64,000 nucleotides of DNA from Macrostomum hystrix (Eukaryota > Animalia > Platyhelminthes), in assembly GCA_950097015.1 (NCBI GenBank), contig CATNEN010000003.1, positions 4,278,001 through 4,342,000 on the forward strand, written 5' to 3'. A program made the translations under genes and the position numbers. Position 1 is the first letter of the stretch, and each line of letters opens with the position of its first letter. Positions 34,017 to 46,448 of this stretch are shown here, piece after piece. The notes below the pieces were generated by a model. That model was given only the letters and a program-made list of their open reading frames with translations, had not been told where the DNA came from and searched no databases.

Positions 34017-35362
34017 CGAGGTGCATTCAAAAAGTTCTTTTCGGTCCTTTGGCATTGTTTTGTAAATGACACACAGATCAAAATTTTTTCGAATGCTGCA
34101 AGTTAAGTTTATGGCCTAAACCTTCCTGAGTTTTTAAGCCTTAGCTGGTGACTGTGTCTGAGCTACAAGCAATTTTTTAAGCTACCCTTCTATTTCTTGG
34201 CCATGGCAGAATCTTTTTCAAAGCAAGACGTTCGGAGCTTGATGAAGTTCCAATTCCTGCAAGGAAAGAAACCTCCGGAGATGTTTAGAGAGCTTCAGCA
34301 AGTGTTTGGTGACAGTGCACCAACTGAACAGACTGTTCGAAAGTGGTTCCGGTTGTTCGCTGAAGGCAGAGAGAGCGTCGAGGACAACGAACGCTCTGGA
34401 AGACCGATGACTGCCACCAACGAGACCGTGGTGAAGAAAGTGCAGGAGCTCCTGGATGATGATCGCAGACTGACTTGCGAAGAGCTGTCAGAAGATGTCG
34501 GAGTGTCAGTTGGCAGTGTGCACACCATTCTGACAGAGCGTCTCAACCTGCAGAAGAAATTCAGCAAGTGGGTGCCACACCTGCTGACAGGTGAGCAGAC
34601 GATGCAACGTGCTCTGGCCGCCACCAACCACCTGCGCCGTTTCCAGCGAGAAGGAGAGAATTTTCTTTCGAGAATCGTTGCCGGAGATGAAACATGGGTT
34701 TATAGCTGGGATCCGGAGACAAAGGCCCAGTCTGCTGAATGGCTTCCAGCCGATTCTCCAAGGCCTCAGAAGGCCATCAGGAAGCAGGGTGCATTGAAGA
34801 TCATGCACGTCATGTTTTTTGATGTCCAGGGAATTCTGCTGAACTGGGCAGTCCCACATGGAACAACTGTGAATGGGGACTATTATAGATGGATTCTGCA
34901 AGAGAAGCTGCGCCCGGCGATTCGAAAGAAGCGCCCTGGTTTGCTGGAGTCTGGTGTGATCTTGCTGCATGACAATGCGCCGGCTCATCGCAAGCACAAT
35001 GTTGTCGAACTCCTGAGCGGTTGGGGCTGGGAAGTGCTGCAACATCCGCCCTACTCGCCCGATTTGTCACCCTGTGACTTCTTCCTATTCCCATCTGTGA
35101 AGAAGCACCTTCGGGGCATTCGATTCGACAGCGTCGAGCACATCAAAGCTGCTTGCCAAGGTGCGGTGCGTGAAACGGACGCGAGAGGCGTGGGTACTGG
35201 AATCAGAGGTCTGGTGCATCGCTGGCAGAAGTGCAAGGACATTGGCGGTGAATATGTTGAGTGACCGAATGACATTGAATGACCTAAACATGTTTTCATT
35301 GTTCCATACGTTTTTTGTTAATTTTTGCTGAGCACCGAAAAGAACTTTTTGAATGCACCTCG
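34017..35362 (+). mobile_element. Full-length mariner DNA transposon (1346 bp)
   Basis: Perfect 29-bp TIRs CGAGGTGCATTCAAAAAGTTCTTTTCGGT. TA duplication at 34015-16 and 35363-64. Confidence 0.97.
34203..35264 (+). CDS. Mariner transposase, DD34D (353 aa)
   Basis: HTH region, [32 protein letters not shown]. 34 residues between the 2nd and 3rd Asp. Confidence 0.95.
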   Translation: MAESFSKQDVRSLMKFQFLQGKKPPEMFRELQQVFGDSAPTEQTVRKWFRLFAEGRESVEDNERSGRPMTATNETVVKKVQELLDDDRRLTCEELSEDVGVSVGSVHTILTERLNLQKKFSKWVPHLLTGEQTMQRALAATNHLRRFQREGENFLSRIVAGDETWVYSWDPETKAQSAEWLPADSPRPQKAIRKQGALKIMHVMFFDVQGILLNWAVPHGTTVNGDYYRWILQEKLRPAIRKKRPGLLESGVILLHDNAPAHRKHNVVELLSGWGWEVLQHPPYSPDLSPCDFFLFPSVKKHLRGIRFDSVEHIKAACQGAVRETDARGVGTGIRGLVHRWQKCKDIGGEYVE

Positions 35363-35364
35363 TA

Positions 35365-35940
35365 TGAATGGGTGGATGAATAGATGGATGGATGGATGGA
35401 TGGATAGATGGATGGATGAATAGATGGATGGATGGATGGATGGATAGATGGATGGATGGATGGATGGATGGGTGGATGGATGGATGAATGGGTGGATGGA
35501 TGGATGAATGGGTGGATGAATAGTTGGATGGATGGATGGGTGGATGGGTGGATGGATGGATGGATGGATGGATAGATGGATGGATGGATGGATGGGTGGA
35601 TGGATGGATGAATGGGTGGATGAATAGATGGATGGATGGATGGGTGGATGGGTGGATGGATGGATGGATGGATGGATGGGTGGATGGATGGATGAATGGG
35701 TGGATGAATAGATGGATGGATGGATGGGTGGATGGGTGGATGGATGGATGGATGGATGGATAGATGGATGGATGGATGGATGGGTGGATGGATGGATGAA
35801 TGGGTGGATGAATAGTTGGATGGATGGATGGGTGGATGGGTGGATGGATGGATGGATGGATGGATGGGTGGATGGATGGATGAATAGATGGATGAATAGT
35901 TGGATGGATGGATGGGTGGATGGGTGGATGGATGGATGGA
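35365..35940. repeat. (GGAT)n microsatellite; continues at 33968-34014 on the other side of the mariner
   Basis: Direct observation. Confidence 0.95.
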
Positions 35941-37074
35941 TTTCTTGCATCGATTTATAGAACTGCTGACGCAATTCGGAACGCATGTGAGACATTGTGA
36001 GCCTATGCAATAACTATATTGAGCAAGGTAACTAATGAGACCAAGTAGACAAAGGAGCGCCAAATTACTTGGCTTGACGCACAATTTTCAAGGATAAAAT
36101 TACACAGCTCACTATTTATAGACCTCCGTGCAGCAGCTTATCTGCTTATGTAATCTGCTTCTAGCCTTTCTTTTCAGTTGGGAAGTCTTTCCAGTGCTGA
36201 AAACTACAAAACTTGGAGAGTGAAAAATAGCCTAGTTGTGTTTTTGTCTGTGTGTTTTTTCCGATGCAAGTCTTCCAGGCGGTTGAACAGTAGGGTCAAA
36301 TGAATGACTGCACACTCGATGCTGCGAGAGTAAGTTGTGTTTATGTTAATCTGCGGGTTTCTGCACAATTACGAAATTGTTGCTCGTATTTTGTGATTAA
36401 AAACGTTCGCATCATTCTATTTCAATGCCATTTGTATCTGCGATTCTCGAAATCCTGCGTCATCAAAATCTCACGCTATCGAAATCTCACACCATTTCTC
36501 TTAAAGAAATTAAATTCTGCACAAAATGATGTGATAACCTACAGAATAATTTATAATTTAAATCTATATGATATCATTCTGATATCATTGAGTCGGCATT
36601 CGTGCTTTCATATAATCTAAATCCGGTGCAACGAGTAGTTGTCAACCCCCCCCAAATGGGTCATTCATATCGATGTGCAGTCTATAGGAAACGCCCCAAC
36701 CATGACTTCATGACAGAATGGGATTATTAAAAAGAAAGTTATCAGAGTTAATTATGCTCGAAAACTCTCTCATTATTCTATGAATTTCTAGCTCGAGGCT
36801 AATCTTAGACCCTTCTGTCAGTTTCTAGAAAAGCTCGGAAATGTTTTGTCTCATCTTTCGTCTCTACGTCGGCTCATTTTTTGTTCCAATTTCTATTTGA
36901 GCTCGTTTTTCCTTCTGGCACGTACAGAGGCACGTCCATTGTTTTGAGAAATTTCGCATGAATCAATAATGCAACTGCAGCAAATACCCTTGTCATATTT
37001 CGGCTCAAATCAGAGAATAATTTTAGAACGGACACGACCTGACGCAGAAGGATATCGAAAAAATGAATGCCTTT

Positions 37075-37292
37075 CACTGATTGTTAAGCTATTTTTAGCG
37101 CTGATTGTTGAGCTATTTTTAGCGCCGATTGTTGAGCTATTTTTAGCGCCGATTGTTGAGCTATTTTTAGCGCCGATTGTTGAGCTATTTTTAGCGCTGA
37201 TTGTTGAGCTATTTTTAGCGCCGATTGTTGAGCTATTTTTAGCGCTGATTGTTGAGCTATTTTTAGCGCCGATTGTTGAGCTATTTTTAGCG
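37075..37292. repeat. 24-bp minisatellite (GATTGTTGAGCTATTTTTAGCGCY)
   Basis: About 9 tandem units. Confidence 0.9.
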
Positions 37293-37830
37293 GTATAATT
37301 TATGAAAGAAGAAAAGAAGGAGTTTTCTGGAAAGCTCGATGCATTTTTTACAAACGTTTTTACTGGAAATGTGAAAACAGTCGAGTTTTTTTTAACTCGA
37401 TACTCTAACTTCATCTACTTTAATTGAAGAGCATGGATTGAAACCAAAAAAATAATAAGATAGAAACCCAAAGAAAGAAAGACACGCGTGAGTTTAAGCC
37501 GTTCCAACATAATTACTGAGCCCTTCAAACCTGGTATTTAATTAACATTAACAAGCTAAATTTTCATTAGAAAATAGAAAGTTTTTTTATCCAGTGAGAC
37601 GCTAAAGAAAATACGAGTAACCAAGCAAACTATTTTAAAAGACTACACCACAATGAAATTGGCATTCAAGGCGATTCTCTTTCGATTCATTCACAAAGGT
37701 CCTGATCTCGAATCCGCGGCAAAGCCGGATGTACAACATTATTGTGTGGTCAGAGAAATGACCAGAATCTCGCTGGCTGATGGTCGACTGTCTTCAAATT
37801 ATTAGCCAGCGCCCACTGATAGTAAAAAAA

Positions 37831-38190
37831 AATTATAATTGCAGGAGTGCTGCCGGCAATGGCACATCATTTGGTGACACTGGACCCGCAGCCAGCGAGG
37901 AGGCAATTCTGCCCATTTCGCTGACTCCTGAGCACACACGCACACATATATTGTACGGAGGCACACGCTCACACGGGTGTGTAAATCTGCCCTGACTTTC
38001 TCATCGTCAGGCAGTGTACACTCTCACTGTGCCTTGGAGGTTGGCCCTCAAGGGCGTAAATTGCACGACAAGCCCCCAAGTCTTCTATCAGCGGCTGTGC
38101 CACCAAATGAATGTGGCCTCGCCGCGGAATCGAGCTCAGGGACCTTGGTGCGAGAGGCAAACGCGTTAACCGCCCTGCCACCGACCCCCC
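37831..38190 (-). mobile_element. SINE family A, full length
   Basis: Reverse complement of the family A consensus, head to tail. Confidence 0.8.
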
Positions 38191-38811
38191 GCCAGTGCCC
38201 ACAGCAATGAGAATAATTATTTAATGGAAAATCAATCAATAAGGACTCACAAGCTATAGCCACATGCTAGCAATAATAAAGTTTGCAAACAATTTAACTC
38301 CTTACAAAGAGCAGAAAAAATATACTCCAAAAAAGAAGCATGGTCACTTATTGTCTGCAGTACGCAGCACGCGCTTAAAAAGTAAACCATGCTTTTTTAA
38401 TAAAAAAATTGGTAGAGCAACGTCTAAAAGAGCTGCATTCTATTGTTGAGTCTATAATTTCCTGAGCAGAGAAGCAGGCGACTTCTGAGCTGCTTCTACT
38501 AGAAGACTAACTTTTTTAATATATTTGATCAATTGATAATACTGAATGAACCTAATTCATTAATTTATACGACCCTAAGACTGGAAATAAACGTCTTTGA
38601 AGTTTGCCGACTATGAATTTAAAAGACGAAGCTGCATCAGTTTCTAACTATTTTGTGTATGTATCAGAAATGAAAATACATTTTTTAACTGTCATTCAAT
38701 CCAATAGAAGCAATTTTGCGTAGGCGGTGACATCCATTAAAAGTCCCTAGCTCCGTACTAGTAATTGATACCAATGAATGAATTTAATTGTTAATTAAAA
38801 CTGGGTCCACA

Positions 38812-39122
38812 TCCTCCGGCCGAAGGCCAGATGCGGCCCTCGAAACTCAAAAATCCGGCCCTATACTCTACCGTGTCTCATCTCTCCCGTGTCTCATCTC
38901 TCCCGTGTCTCATCTCTCCCGTGTCTCATCTCTCCCGTGTCTCATCTCTCCCGTGTCTCATCTCTCCCGTGTCTCATCTCTCCCGTGTCTCATCTCTCCC
39001 GTGTCTCATCTCACTCTTGACGATAAGTCAACTGAATTGAATCCAATTTCAGCAGTTAATGCGGCTCGCTGTCGTCTTTGAGATTCTCTCTTTGGCACGC
39101 CAAGCCTATGGGGTTGGCAAAC
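38812..39122. mobile_element. Degenerate copy of the hAT MITE at 52220, with internal TCTCATCTCTCCCGTG array
   Basis: Shares CCTCCGGCC..GGCCAGATGCGGCCCTCGAA..AAATCCGGCCCT and GTCGTCTTT.AGATTCTCTCTTT blocks. TIRs are eroded. Confidence 0.7.
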
Positions 39123-39789
39123 TTGGAATTAAAAAGTAAAATTTCGTCGGCCAAGTTATCAGGCACTTTTTTATCACTATAGCAACTGCCCACGCCAAAT
39201 TTAAATGCTTCCCGAGCTATGGAATGCTATAAACATGCTTCCAAGTTTTTAACGGCTGCCAGTCGTATCACCATTGACAGACACCATTTCATTTCAATTT
39301 TATAAAATGAGCAGACAATGTATGACCTCCTCAAAATAATTGCTCCCTAAGTGTACAGTGACAATCATTTCTAATCCATTTCTCTCAGACTTTTTTATTT
39401 AACTAGAGAGAGAGAGAGAGGGAGACAGGATTGAAATCATTCTCAAGTTTTTTTTAAGAGCCCGTGTGGGCGTTTCGCGCGTGGGAGTGATTTGGGATCC
39501 TATAGTAGGGATCAAAGTTCACCTTTGCAAACTATTACAGCTATATTTTACAGAGATAAAGTACTTAAATATTGTAGTCTGCACTTTCCTCTATAATATT
39601 TTAGCGACATTTTCAATGCCTTCTGCTTTTTTTTAAGACAGGCCACTAATTTTAAATTCGTTTATCGCAATATAGCTTCTACAGTCCGTTACTTTTCGGT
39701 AAAAGTTAAGTGCACTCTCCTTTACTATTTGACATGAATACTGCATCCTACTTTCTGTAATGTGTGCGATCCGTTACATTGTGTCAAAT

Positions 39790-40690
39790 GCACTGTCCGT
39801 TACTTTCTGTCCAGAAGACTGTCCGTTACTTTCTGTCCAGAAGACTGTCCGTTACTTTCTGTCCAGAAGACTGTCCGTTACTTTCTTTCCAGAAGACTGT
39901 CCGTTACTTTCTGTCCAGAAGACTTTCCGTTACTTTCTGTCCAGAAGACTGTCCGTTACTTTCTGTCCAGAAGACTGTCCGTTACTTTCTTCCAGAAGAC
40001 TGTCCGTTACTTTCTTCCAGAAGACTGTCCGTTACTTTCTGTCCAGAAGACTGTCCGTTACTTTCTGTCCAGAAGACTGTCCGTTACTTTCTGTCCAGAA
40101 GACTGTCCGTTACTTTCTGTCCAGAAGACTGTCCGTTACTTTCTGTCCAGAAGACTGTCCGTTACTTTCTGTCCAGAAGACTGTCCGTTACTTTCTGTCC
40201 AGAAGACTGTCCGTTACTTTCTGTCCAGAAGACTGTCCGTTACTTTCTGTCCAGAAGACTGTCCGTTACTTTCTGTCCAGAAGACTGTCCGTTACTTTCT
40301 GTCCAGAAGACTGTCCGTTACTTTCTGTCAAGTGCACTGTCCGTTACTTCCTGGCAAGTGCACTGTCCATTACTTCGTGGCAAGTGCACTGTCCGTTACT
40401 TTCTGTCAAGTGCACTGTCCGTTACTTCCTGGCAAGTGCACTGTCCATTACTTCGTGGCAAGTGCACTGTCCGTTACTTCCTGGCAAGTGCACTGTCCGT
40501 TACTTCCTGGCAAGTGCACTGTCCGTTACTTCGTGGCAAGTGCACTGTCCGTTACTTCCTGGCAAGTGCACTGTCCGTTACTTCCTGGCAAGTGCACTGT
40601 CCGTTACTTCCTGGCAAGTGCACTGTCCGTTACTTTCTGGCAAGTGCACTGTCCGTTACTTTCTGGCAAGTGCACTGTCCGTTACTTTGT
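39790..40690. repeat. 26-bp minisatellite with two subarrays (CTGTCCGTTACTTTCTGTCCAGAAGA, then CTGTCCGTTACTTCCTGGCAAGTGCA)
   Basis: Direct observation. Confidence 0.95.
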
Positions 40691-42216
40691 GCTTCTTTTT
40701 TATCCAAAGTATAAATCCAAATTAAAGTTTACGACGCTCTTTATAAAAATATTTTATCCGAAATTCTTATCGGCTGGGATAAATTTTCAATGCTTTTTTA
40801 ATGATGCCCTCAAGTAAGGTATCGTTCTCTAGTCATTCCAATTAATCTACGCAGATATTCAATGGTGGCAATCTTTTGTTTTACTTCAAAAAGCCTAAGA
40901 ACCACCTGACCAAACTCATTAGCAGTGACAGGGGTTATTGTCAAAAAGAATCAATTGAGGTCTTTTGCATCAGCAGAAGCAAGCAAACGTTTTTTAATCA
41001 AACCGCAGCTGTTGCGTTTACAGAAATCAATTGAAGTAATGAAATTTTAGGATAAGGGCCATTTTGGCTTCTGCAGAATCACCTGTTCTCCAATCATTTT
41101 TCAAAGCATTGCACAGTGTACTTAAGAAAAACCAAGGCAAGCAATTATAAATAATATTTACCGGTTGATTCTGCTAGTAATTACGTACTTTACAAATTCC
41201 TTTAACACCTGTGCTTCTGTTTCAATGGTCATTATTTCACATCCGGTTTGCGTCAAACCGGTTTTTGTTATAGTTTGTTAGAAAACTGTTTTCTGGTGTA
41301 AAAATCGATAAAAATGTCTATCTGATTAATTATTATAAAGTTAAAGGAAACGAAATAATGAAAAGAACATTTGTTTAAATGATCATTTTCTCCGGCTTTA
41401 ACGCTTCCGGAAAAAGTAATACAATCCAAGCAATCAGTTTTATCAGGCAAAATGACAAAAATAGTTTTCTGACACATAAAAAACAAGAATCAAGAAATCT
41501 GTTGAAGCCTCACATCGAGAGGGTGTCAGCTTCATCAGTCTACGGGGGAGCAAACAGCCATGATCCTGTAGCTGTAGGATCCATAAGGATCCTTGATTAT
41601 TTCGTATTGCTATATGATTATTACTATTACTATTATTATGTGTTCTTCGTTTTATTTATAGAAGCGGCTGGGAAAAAAGAAATCTGAAATCAAGTGCAGG
41701 CGGCGGTTTGGTGAAGTGGAAAATATTAATTCTTTCCCAGCCCGAGTGGCAACTCCAGGCAAAGCTTCAAGAGGCCCGCACGAAATGGAAGCTATGGGGT
41801 GGGAGAAATCGACTGAGGAATCGGTTCTGATGGGTTTGGCGCTTCTATTTTTAGCGCAGACCCAAAGCCTGACCCCATCCAGACACGGCTGGCCAGGGTC
41901 AAAGCTGCTAAATCTATTTTTAGGACGCCAAGAGCCTCAGTCGCCGCTTCTAGATTTCTTCCTCTTTCACAAAGCTTTAATGATGAAGTTTCTTTGGTCT
42001 TTTTTGGTACTTTGAACCTCTATCCTAACCTCAAATCCCACTCCCTTTTATCTAAACTTCAGCTTTAAGTTCGCTCGCCTTGAAGTGTTCACCATAATGA
42101 TACATTTTTCGATACATATCGGGTGATTACTGACGCCTAATCGAAAAAAGTACAGTTAAGGCCCTTTGAGCTCCATAATTGGCGATTCACTATAGATAGA
42201 TATGATTGACACTCCA

Positions 42217-42490
42217 GTTGGGCCAGATGAACAGGCAACAGCACAGCCGTAGCTATTGCGTGGCGCAACTGAAAACTGCGTACAGCTTTTATAGTCCATG
42301 GACTGGTAGGACGCCACACCCACCCTCAATAGCACCAGCTGATGCTGATACCTATTTAACAGCTGGGGGAATCGAAGCAACGCAGAGTTAAGTATCTTGC
42401 CAAAACACAAAAACTGTCCCAGTAGAGCCGGGAATGGAACCCCCGACCTTTAAGTCGTGAGTCCGACGCTATTACCACTAGTCCACAACT
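42217..42490 (-). mobile_element. SINE family B
   Basis: Reverse complement of the 43641 copy, including the tRNA head and palindrome. Confidence 0.75.
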
Positions 42491-43640
42491 GATCAGAAGT
42501 GCGAACCTCGAACCACAGAGATTACAACGTCTTTCTTAGCGTGGGGGAGCGACTTGTGTCTTTGCGCTGAATGTCCGACATTTCGTGTTATCGGGCCAAG
42601 CATTTAATATGCGACCTCGCTTATCATTTCGATCAACACAACACTCTGTGTCATTAGCCGTCATTGGATCTGGTTTGGTTATTTGCCTTTTTTTATCCCT
42701 TTAATCATCGCATCTGAGCCAGGGCTTTGACACCCGAGATGACTATATGCCGTGTTTGATATTGCCTGTTTGTTCACAAGGAGCTGCATTTAAATTTAAA
42801 TCCTTCTGATCATCTAATTGTCGGAGGGAACATATTTATCTACGAATTATGGGATTTGAATTTGACCAGTTTCTGTCGATTAACATCGATTTCACCGGGC
42901 ATTATGAAACTGAAGCGGCAAAACTAAAAAAAGAAGATTTTCCTGCTTTTTTGCGTTGCTATATATAACTTTTCTATAAATTCGAAATTTAATACAGTTA
43001 AGGAATTATTGTTAGGCAGAAAGCCAGCCTTCAAAATATGATTGGGTGAACTTAGGGAAGAAAACTCAGTTGTTGCTATTTTTAGAAACGTAGACTACGG
43101 AAAATTCCTTGCCCTAAAAACCACGCACGTGACTTCCCACCAATCAAATTTCGAAGACAACTCAGGGACTGGTAAATACTAATAATAAAACACTCATGTT
43201 TAGTGTCAACTGAATGTCTCTCTTGAGAATTTCCTGGAAGTAATGATTAAATTTTTTGGAATCGTCTTCAAAAAAATATATCTGGTGTACTTTTCTTGTC
43301 AACTACTGTCATCGCATTTTTATTAGGATTTTTTTCCTATATCCTTTTCAAAAAAAGTCTTCCCAATACCCAAGCCTCCATTTGTTTCCTTCCGGTAAAA
43401 TAAATGTCTCAAGAAATATCTTGCAAGATCTGTTCCGCTTGGCATGAAATTTTTCAACCCGAGCGAGGCTGAAATCTAACACCCAAAACTGGAGAGCTCA
43501 GTAACAGGACGGAAACGGTTTTTATTCGTGGAAAGAGAATTTGGCGAGCTCGTAGCTTAAGTGTCACATTTCCTGACAGTTGCAGAGATTTTTCCTTTCA
43601 AAGAAGCTAGAAGTACATACTCGTACTCATTTACAACTGA

Positions 43641-43952
43641 GAGGTTGTAGCCTAGTGGTTAGGGCGTCGGACTCACGACTTGAAGGTCGGGGGTTCGATT
43701 ACCGACTCTACTGGAACAATTTGTGTCCTTTAGCAAGACACTTAACTCTGCATTGCTTCAGTTCACCCAGCTATTAAATGGGTACCAGCATTAGCTGGGA
43801 TAATTGAAGGTGGGTGTGGCGTCCCCCCAGTCCATGGACTGAACAGCTGTACGCAGCCTTCAGATGCGCCGCGCATTAGCTGCGGCTGTGCTGTCGGCTG
43901 CACATCTGACCCAATTGGGGCAGGTGTAATCAATTATTATTATTATTATTAT
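43641..43952 (+). mobile_element. tRNA-derived SINE family B with CORE-like domain (best-preserved copy)
   Basis: A-box TAGCCTAGTGG, B-box GGTTCGATTAC. TGTGTCCTTTAGCAAGACACTTAAC..TCAGTTCACCCAGCT..AAATGGG resembles the CORE-SINE domain. (ATT)n tail. Confidence 0.85.
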
Positions 43953-44426
43953 AATCGTACTCATACTCGTTGATTGCCGTCCTCTCTCGATTCGGCACTA
44001 GTTGATCCGTCTGTCTATAAAATTATCTAACGCTAACATCATACACCAATCGGCAAAGAAGAGTTCGTTGACTTTTCCCTTGTTAATTAAAGGAGCGTTA
44101 AATGGATGCAATTCAAATCACACAAATGAAATGTATTTTATATCAGTTTGTATCAGGAAATCAAGTAAATTTCCTTTGGCAAGCGCAGCATTCGCATTGT
44201 GATTTGACGCCTTATTTACTAATACGAATGTATAAGCATTCGAAAATAGAGTTCTTTAATTACAAATCATTCACGGACAGAAAGCGTCGATGATGTGTGT
44301 GCAAGTTTATAACAAAATGGAAGCGAACTGTTAAATCGACGAAGAAATTAGAAATTCACGCATCATTATGTTGATGCATTATTGCACAATGATTTATGAG
44401 GCTGGGTTTGGTTCCAAGAAATTTAG

Positions 44427-45566
44427 TCAGTCGTCATTGTCACTGTCCTCGCTAGGCGGGTCCGCCGATGGCGACGCCAGGTGCACCCAGTCGACCACGC
44501 GCTGCTCCTTGATGCGCCGATTCACGCGAGTCTTGACGCCGAACTTCTCCAGCATTCTGGCCAGCCGGACCTGTTCCAGATCGTCGCTGTCAAAGTCCAC
44601 TCCACCGATGGCTTCTTCGTTAATATTGCACGCCTGCCTGGGCGAACGACCGCCGATGAAGACGGTCCAATCGTCAGACAGGTATTTGCGCACCTTCGCG
44701 ACGGCGGCTCGCCTAGCCAGCTTGGGTTCCAGCAGTTTCCTGAACAGCTTCTGCAGGCTGGGCGCGAATTCTCGGAAATTCGATGGAGTCCGCAAAGTCT
44801 TCCTGCGCTGCCACTGAGCGAATTCATAGTAACTGTTGTCCGTCTCCTTGGCCACCTGCCAGGGAAAACTGCCCGTCAGAGCGCAGAAGATCAGCACGCC
44901 GAAGGACCAGACGTCAGTGCCGGTGTGCACATAGTAGGTCTCGCTCTTCGCCGCCTGAGCAATCTCTGGCGGCGTGTAGGGAATCGACGGGCCGACCTTC
45001 TTGCAGAGTGTGCCAGCGCTTCGTGCCATGCCAAAGTCGACCAGCTTGACGACGCTGAGGTCCGGCTCGAACACGGCGACATTCTCAGGCTTGAGGTCGC
45101 GATGACAGATGTTCTGCGAGTGCATGAACTCCAACGCCGAGGCCAGCTGGGTCACGACTAGCTTGACTGTGGACTCCGGAAGGCCTCGTCCTGGCTGGAT
45201 GAACTCGAACAGGTCGCCAAGGGGGGCGAATTCCAGCGCGAACGAATAATAATCCGCCGTTTCAAAGGCTACACTATAGGCGTCGATGACATTGGGATGT
45301 GCGGACAAGAAGATGCTGGTGTTCAGCTCGTGCAGGAAGTCCTTCATCCTGGTGGTGCGCTTGTCTAACAGTTTCAACACCAGCTGTTTGCCAGTCTCCT
45401 TACAGGTAACCAGCACGCACTTGCCGTAGGTACCGCGGCCAAGCTCCTGACGAACAGTGTAGTGCTCCTCCATCTCAATCTGGGACAGGATGCTGTCAGT
45501 ATTGATGGATGTCCTCGGCGTGCTGCCGTGGCTAGAAGCGCTCGGCTTAGGCACCAGAGATGACAT
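44427..45566 (-). CDS. SBK1: Ser/Thr kinase, SBK1/Meng-po-like (single coding exon, ~379 aa)
   Basis: LGRGTYG, HRDLKPEN, DFG, IPYTPPE, DVWSFGVLIFC.LTG.FPW, F..WQ.R. First ATG at 45566. Confidence 0.85.
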   Translation of the reverse strand: MSSLVPKPSASSHGSTPRTSINTDSILSQIEMEEHYTVRQELGRGTYGKCVLVTCKETGKQLVLKLLDKRTTRMKDFLHELNTSIFLSAHPNVIDAYSVAFETADYYSFALEFAPLGDLFEFIQPGRGLPESTVKLVVTQLASALEFMHSQNICHRDLKPENVAVFEPDLSVVKLVDFGMARSAGTLCKKVGPSIPYTPPEIAQAAKSETYYVHTGTDVWSFGVLIFCALTGSFPWQVAKETDNSYYEFAQWQRRKTLRTPSNFREFAPSLQKLFRKLLEPKLARRAAVAKVRKYLSDDWTVFIGGRSPRQACNINEEAIGGVDFDSDDLEQVRLARMLEKFGVKTRVNRRIKEQRVVDWVHLASPSADPPSEDSDNDD

Positions 45567-46373
45567 TGTTTGAATCGGCAATAAGCTTCTTTTCTTAGAT
45601 TATTCAGACGTTTTTTAGAACACTTCCGAGGCTAAGGAGTTGCTAGTGCTTGAAAGTTCTTCTATAAGTATAGGCAGTGACAGACTTGGGGCGGGGAGTT
45701 GATCTGGCATAGACTGGCTGCGATTGGTCCAAGCTAGCTTTGCTGGAGAGAGGGGTGGGTGGGTGGGTGGGTGGCTCCTGACGAAACCTAGCCGGGAATG
45801 GCGTTTTAGCTCTATTTTTAGCTCTATTTTTAGCTCAACCAATGCCGCTAAATGTCTTATGCCAGTGTCTTCAGTTTAAACTGCCCACTCATCTGTGCAG
45901 GCAATCGATTTTAGCTAAATTTTTTCTTCTTCTGGCCTGATCGCATTGATTGATTATGCAGCTCATTCTAATTATGTCCTTTATCCGTCTCTATCTTTAT
46001 TTTTGTGTTTTTTCCTTCGAATTGCCTCAATCCTTCTAATTAAGTCCCTATAGGTGTATATCCTCTTTATTATATACCTTAACTTCCCTAATAGTAAAGT
46101 GGTAGCTTTGAGACAATTAAGGTCTTATCTCAAATCCGAAAGGCTATAAAACGGGTACCAGCATCAACTGGGGTAGAGGCTTGGGTTGGTTTGACGGCCA
46201 ACCAGTCCATGGACTGGAAAATTTGTTCGCAGTAATGGGAATGTCATTCATATTATTTTTTTCTTCTATTTCTCTGCTCTAAATGATTTTCTTCCCAAGC
46301 CATAACTATGTTTGCGGTGAGAATGAGCCTTAGTCCAGTGACTCATTGTTAGGACTCATCCCAAATCACCGCC

Positions 46374-46448
46374 CTTTTATAAAAAAAGAATGAGTGCATC
46401 AATCGGCCACGATCAGTCAGATTTCCTATCCTTCGTTGCTATGGCAAC
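46374..46448 (-). promoter_or_regulatory. Candidate promoter: RFX X-box GTTGCTATGGCAAC (46435-46448) plus TATAAAAG (46374-46381, minus strand)
   Basis: Near-palindromic X-box with a TATA oriented towards the kinase gene. Confidence 0.4.

Noticed and set aside
35296-36084. His/Pro/Ser-rich ORFs
   Set aside because: Translations of the (GGAT)n microsatellite.
43641-43715. tRNA gene
   Set aside because: Has A/B boxes but no acceptor stem or terminator, and continues into a repeated body. It is a SINE head.
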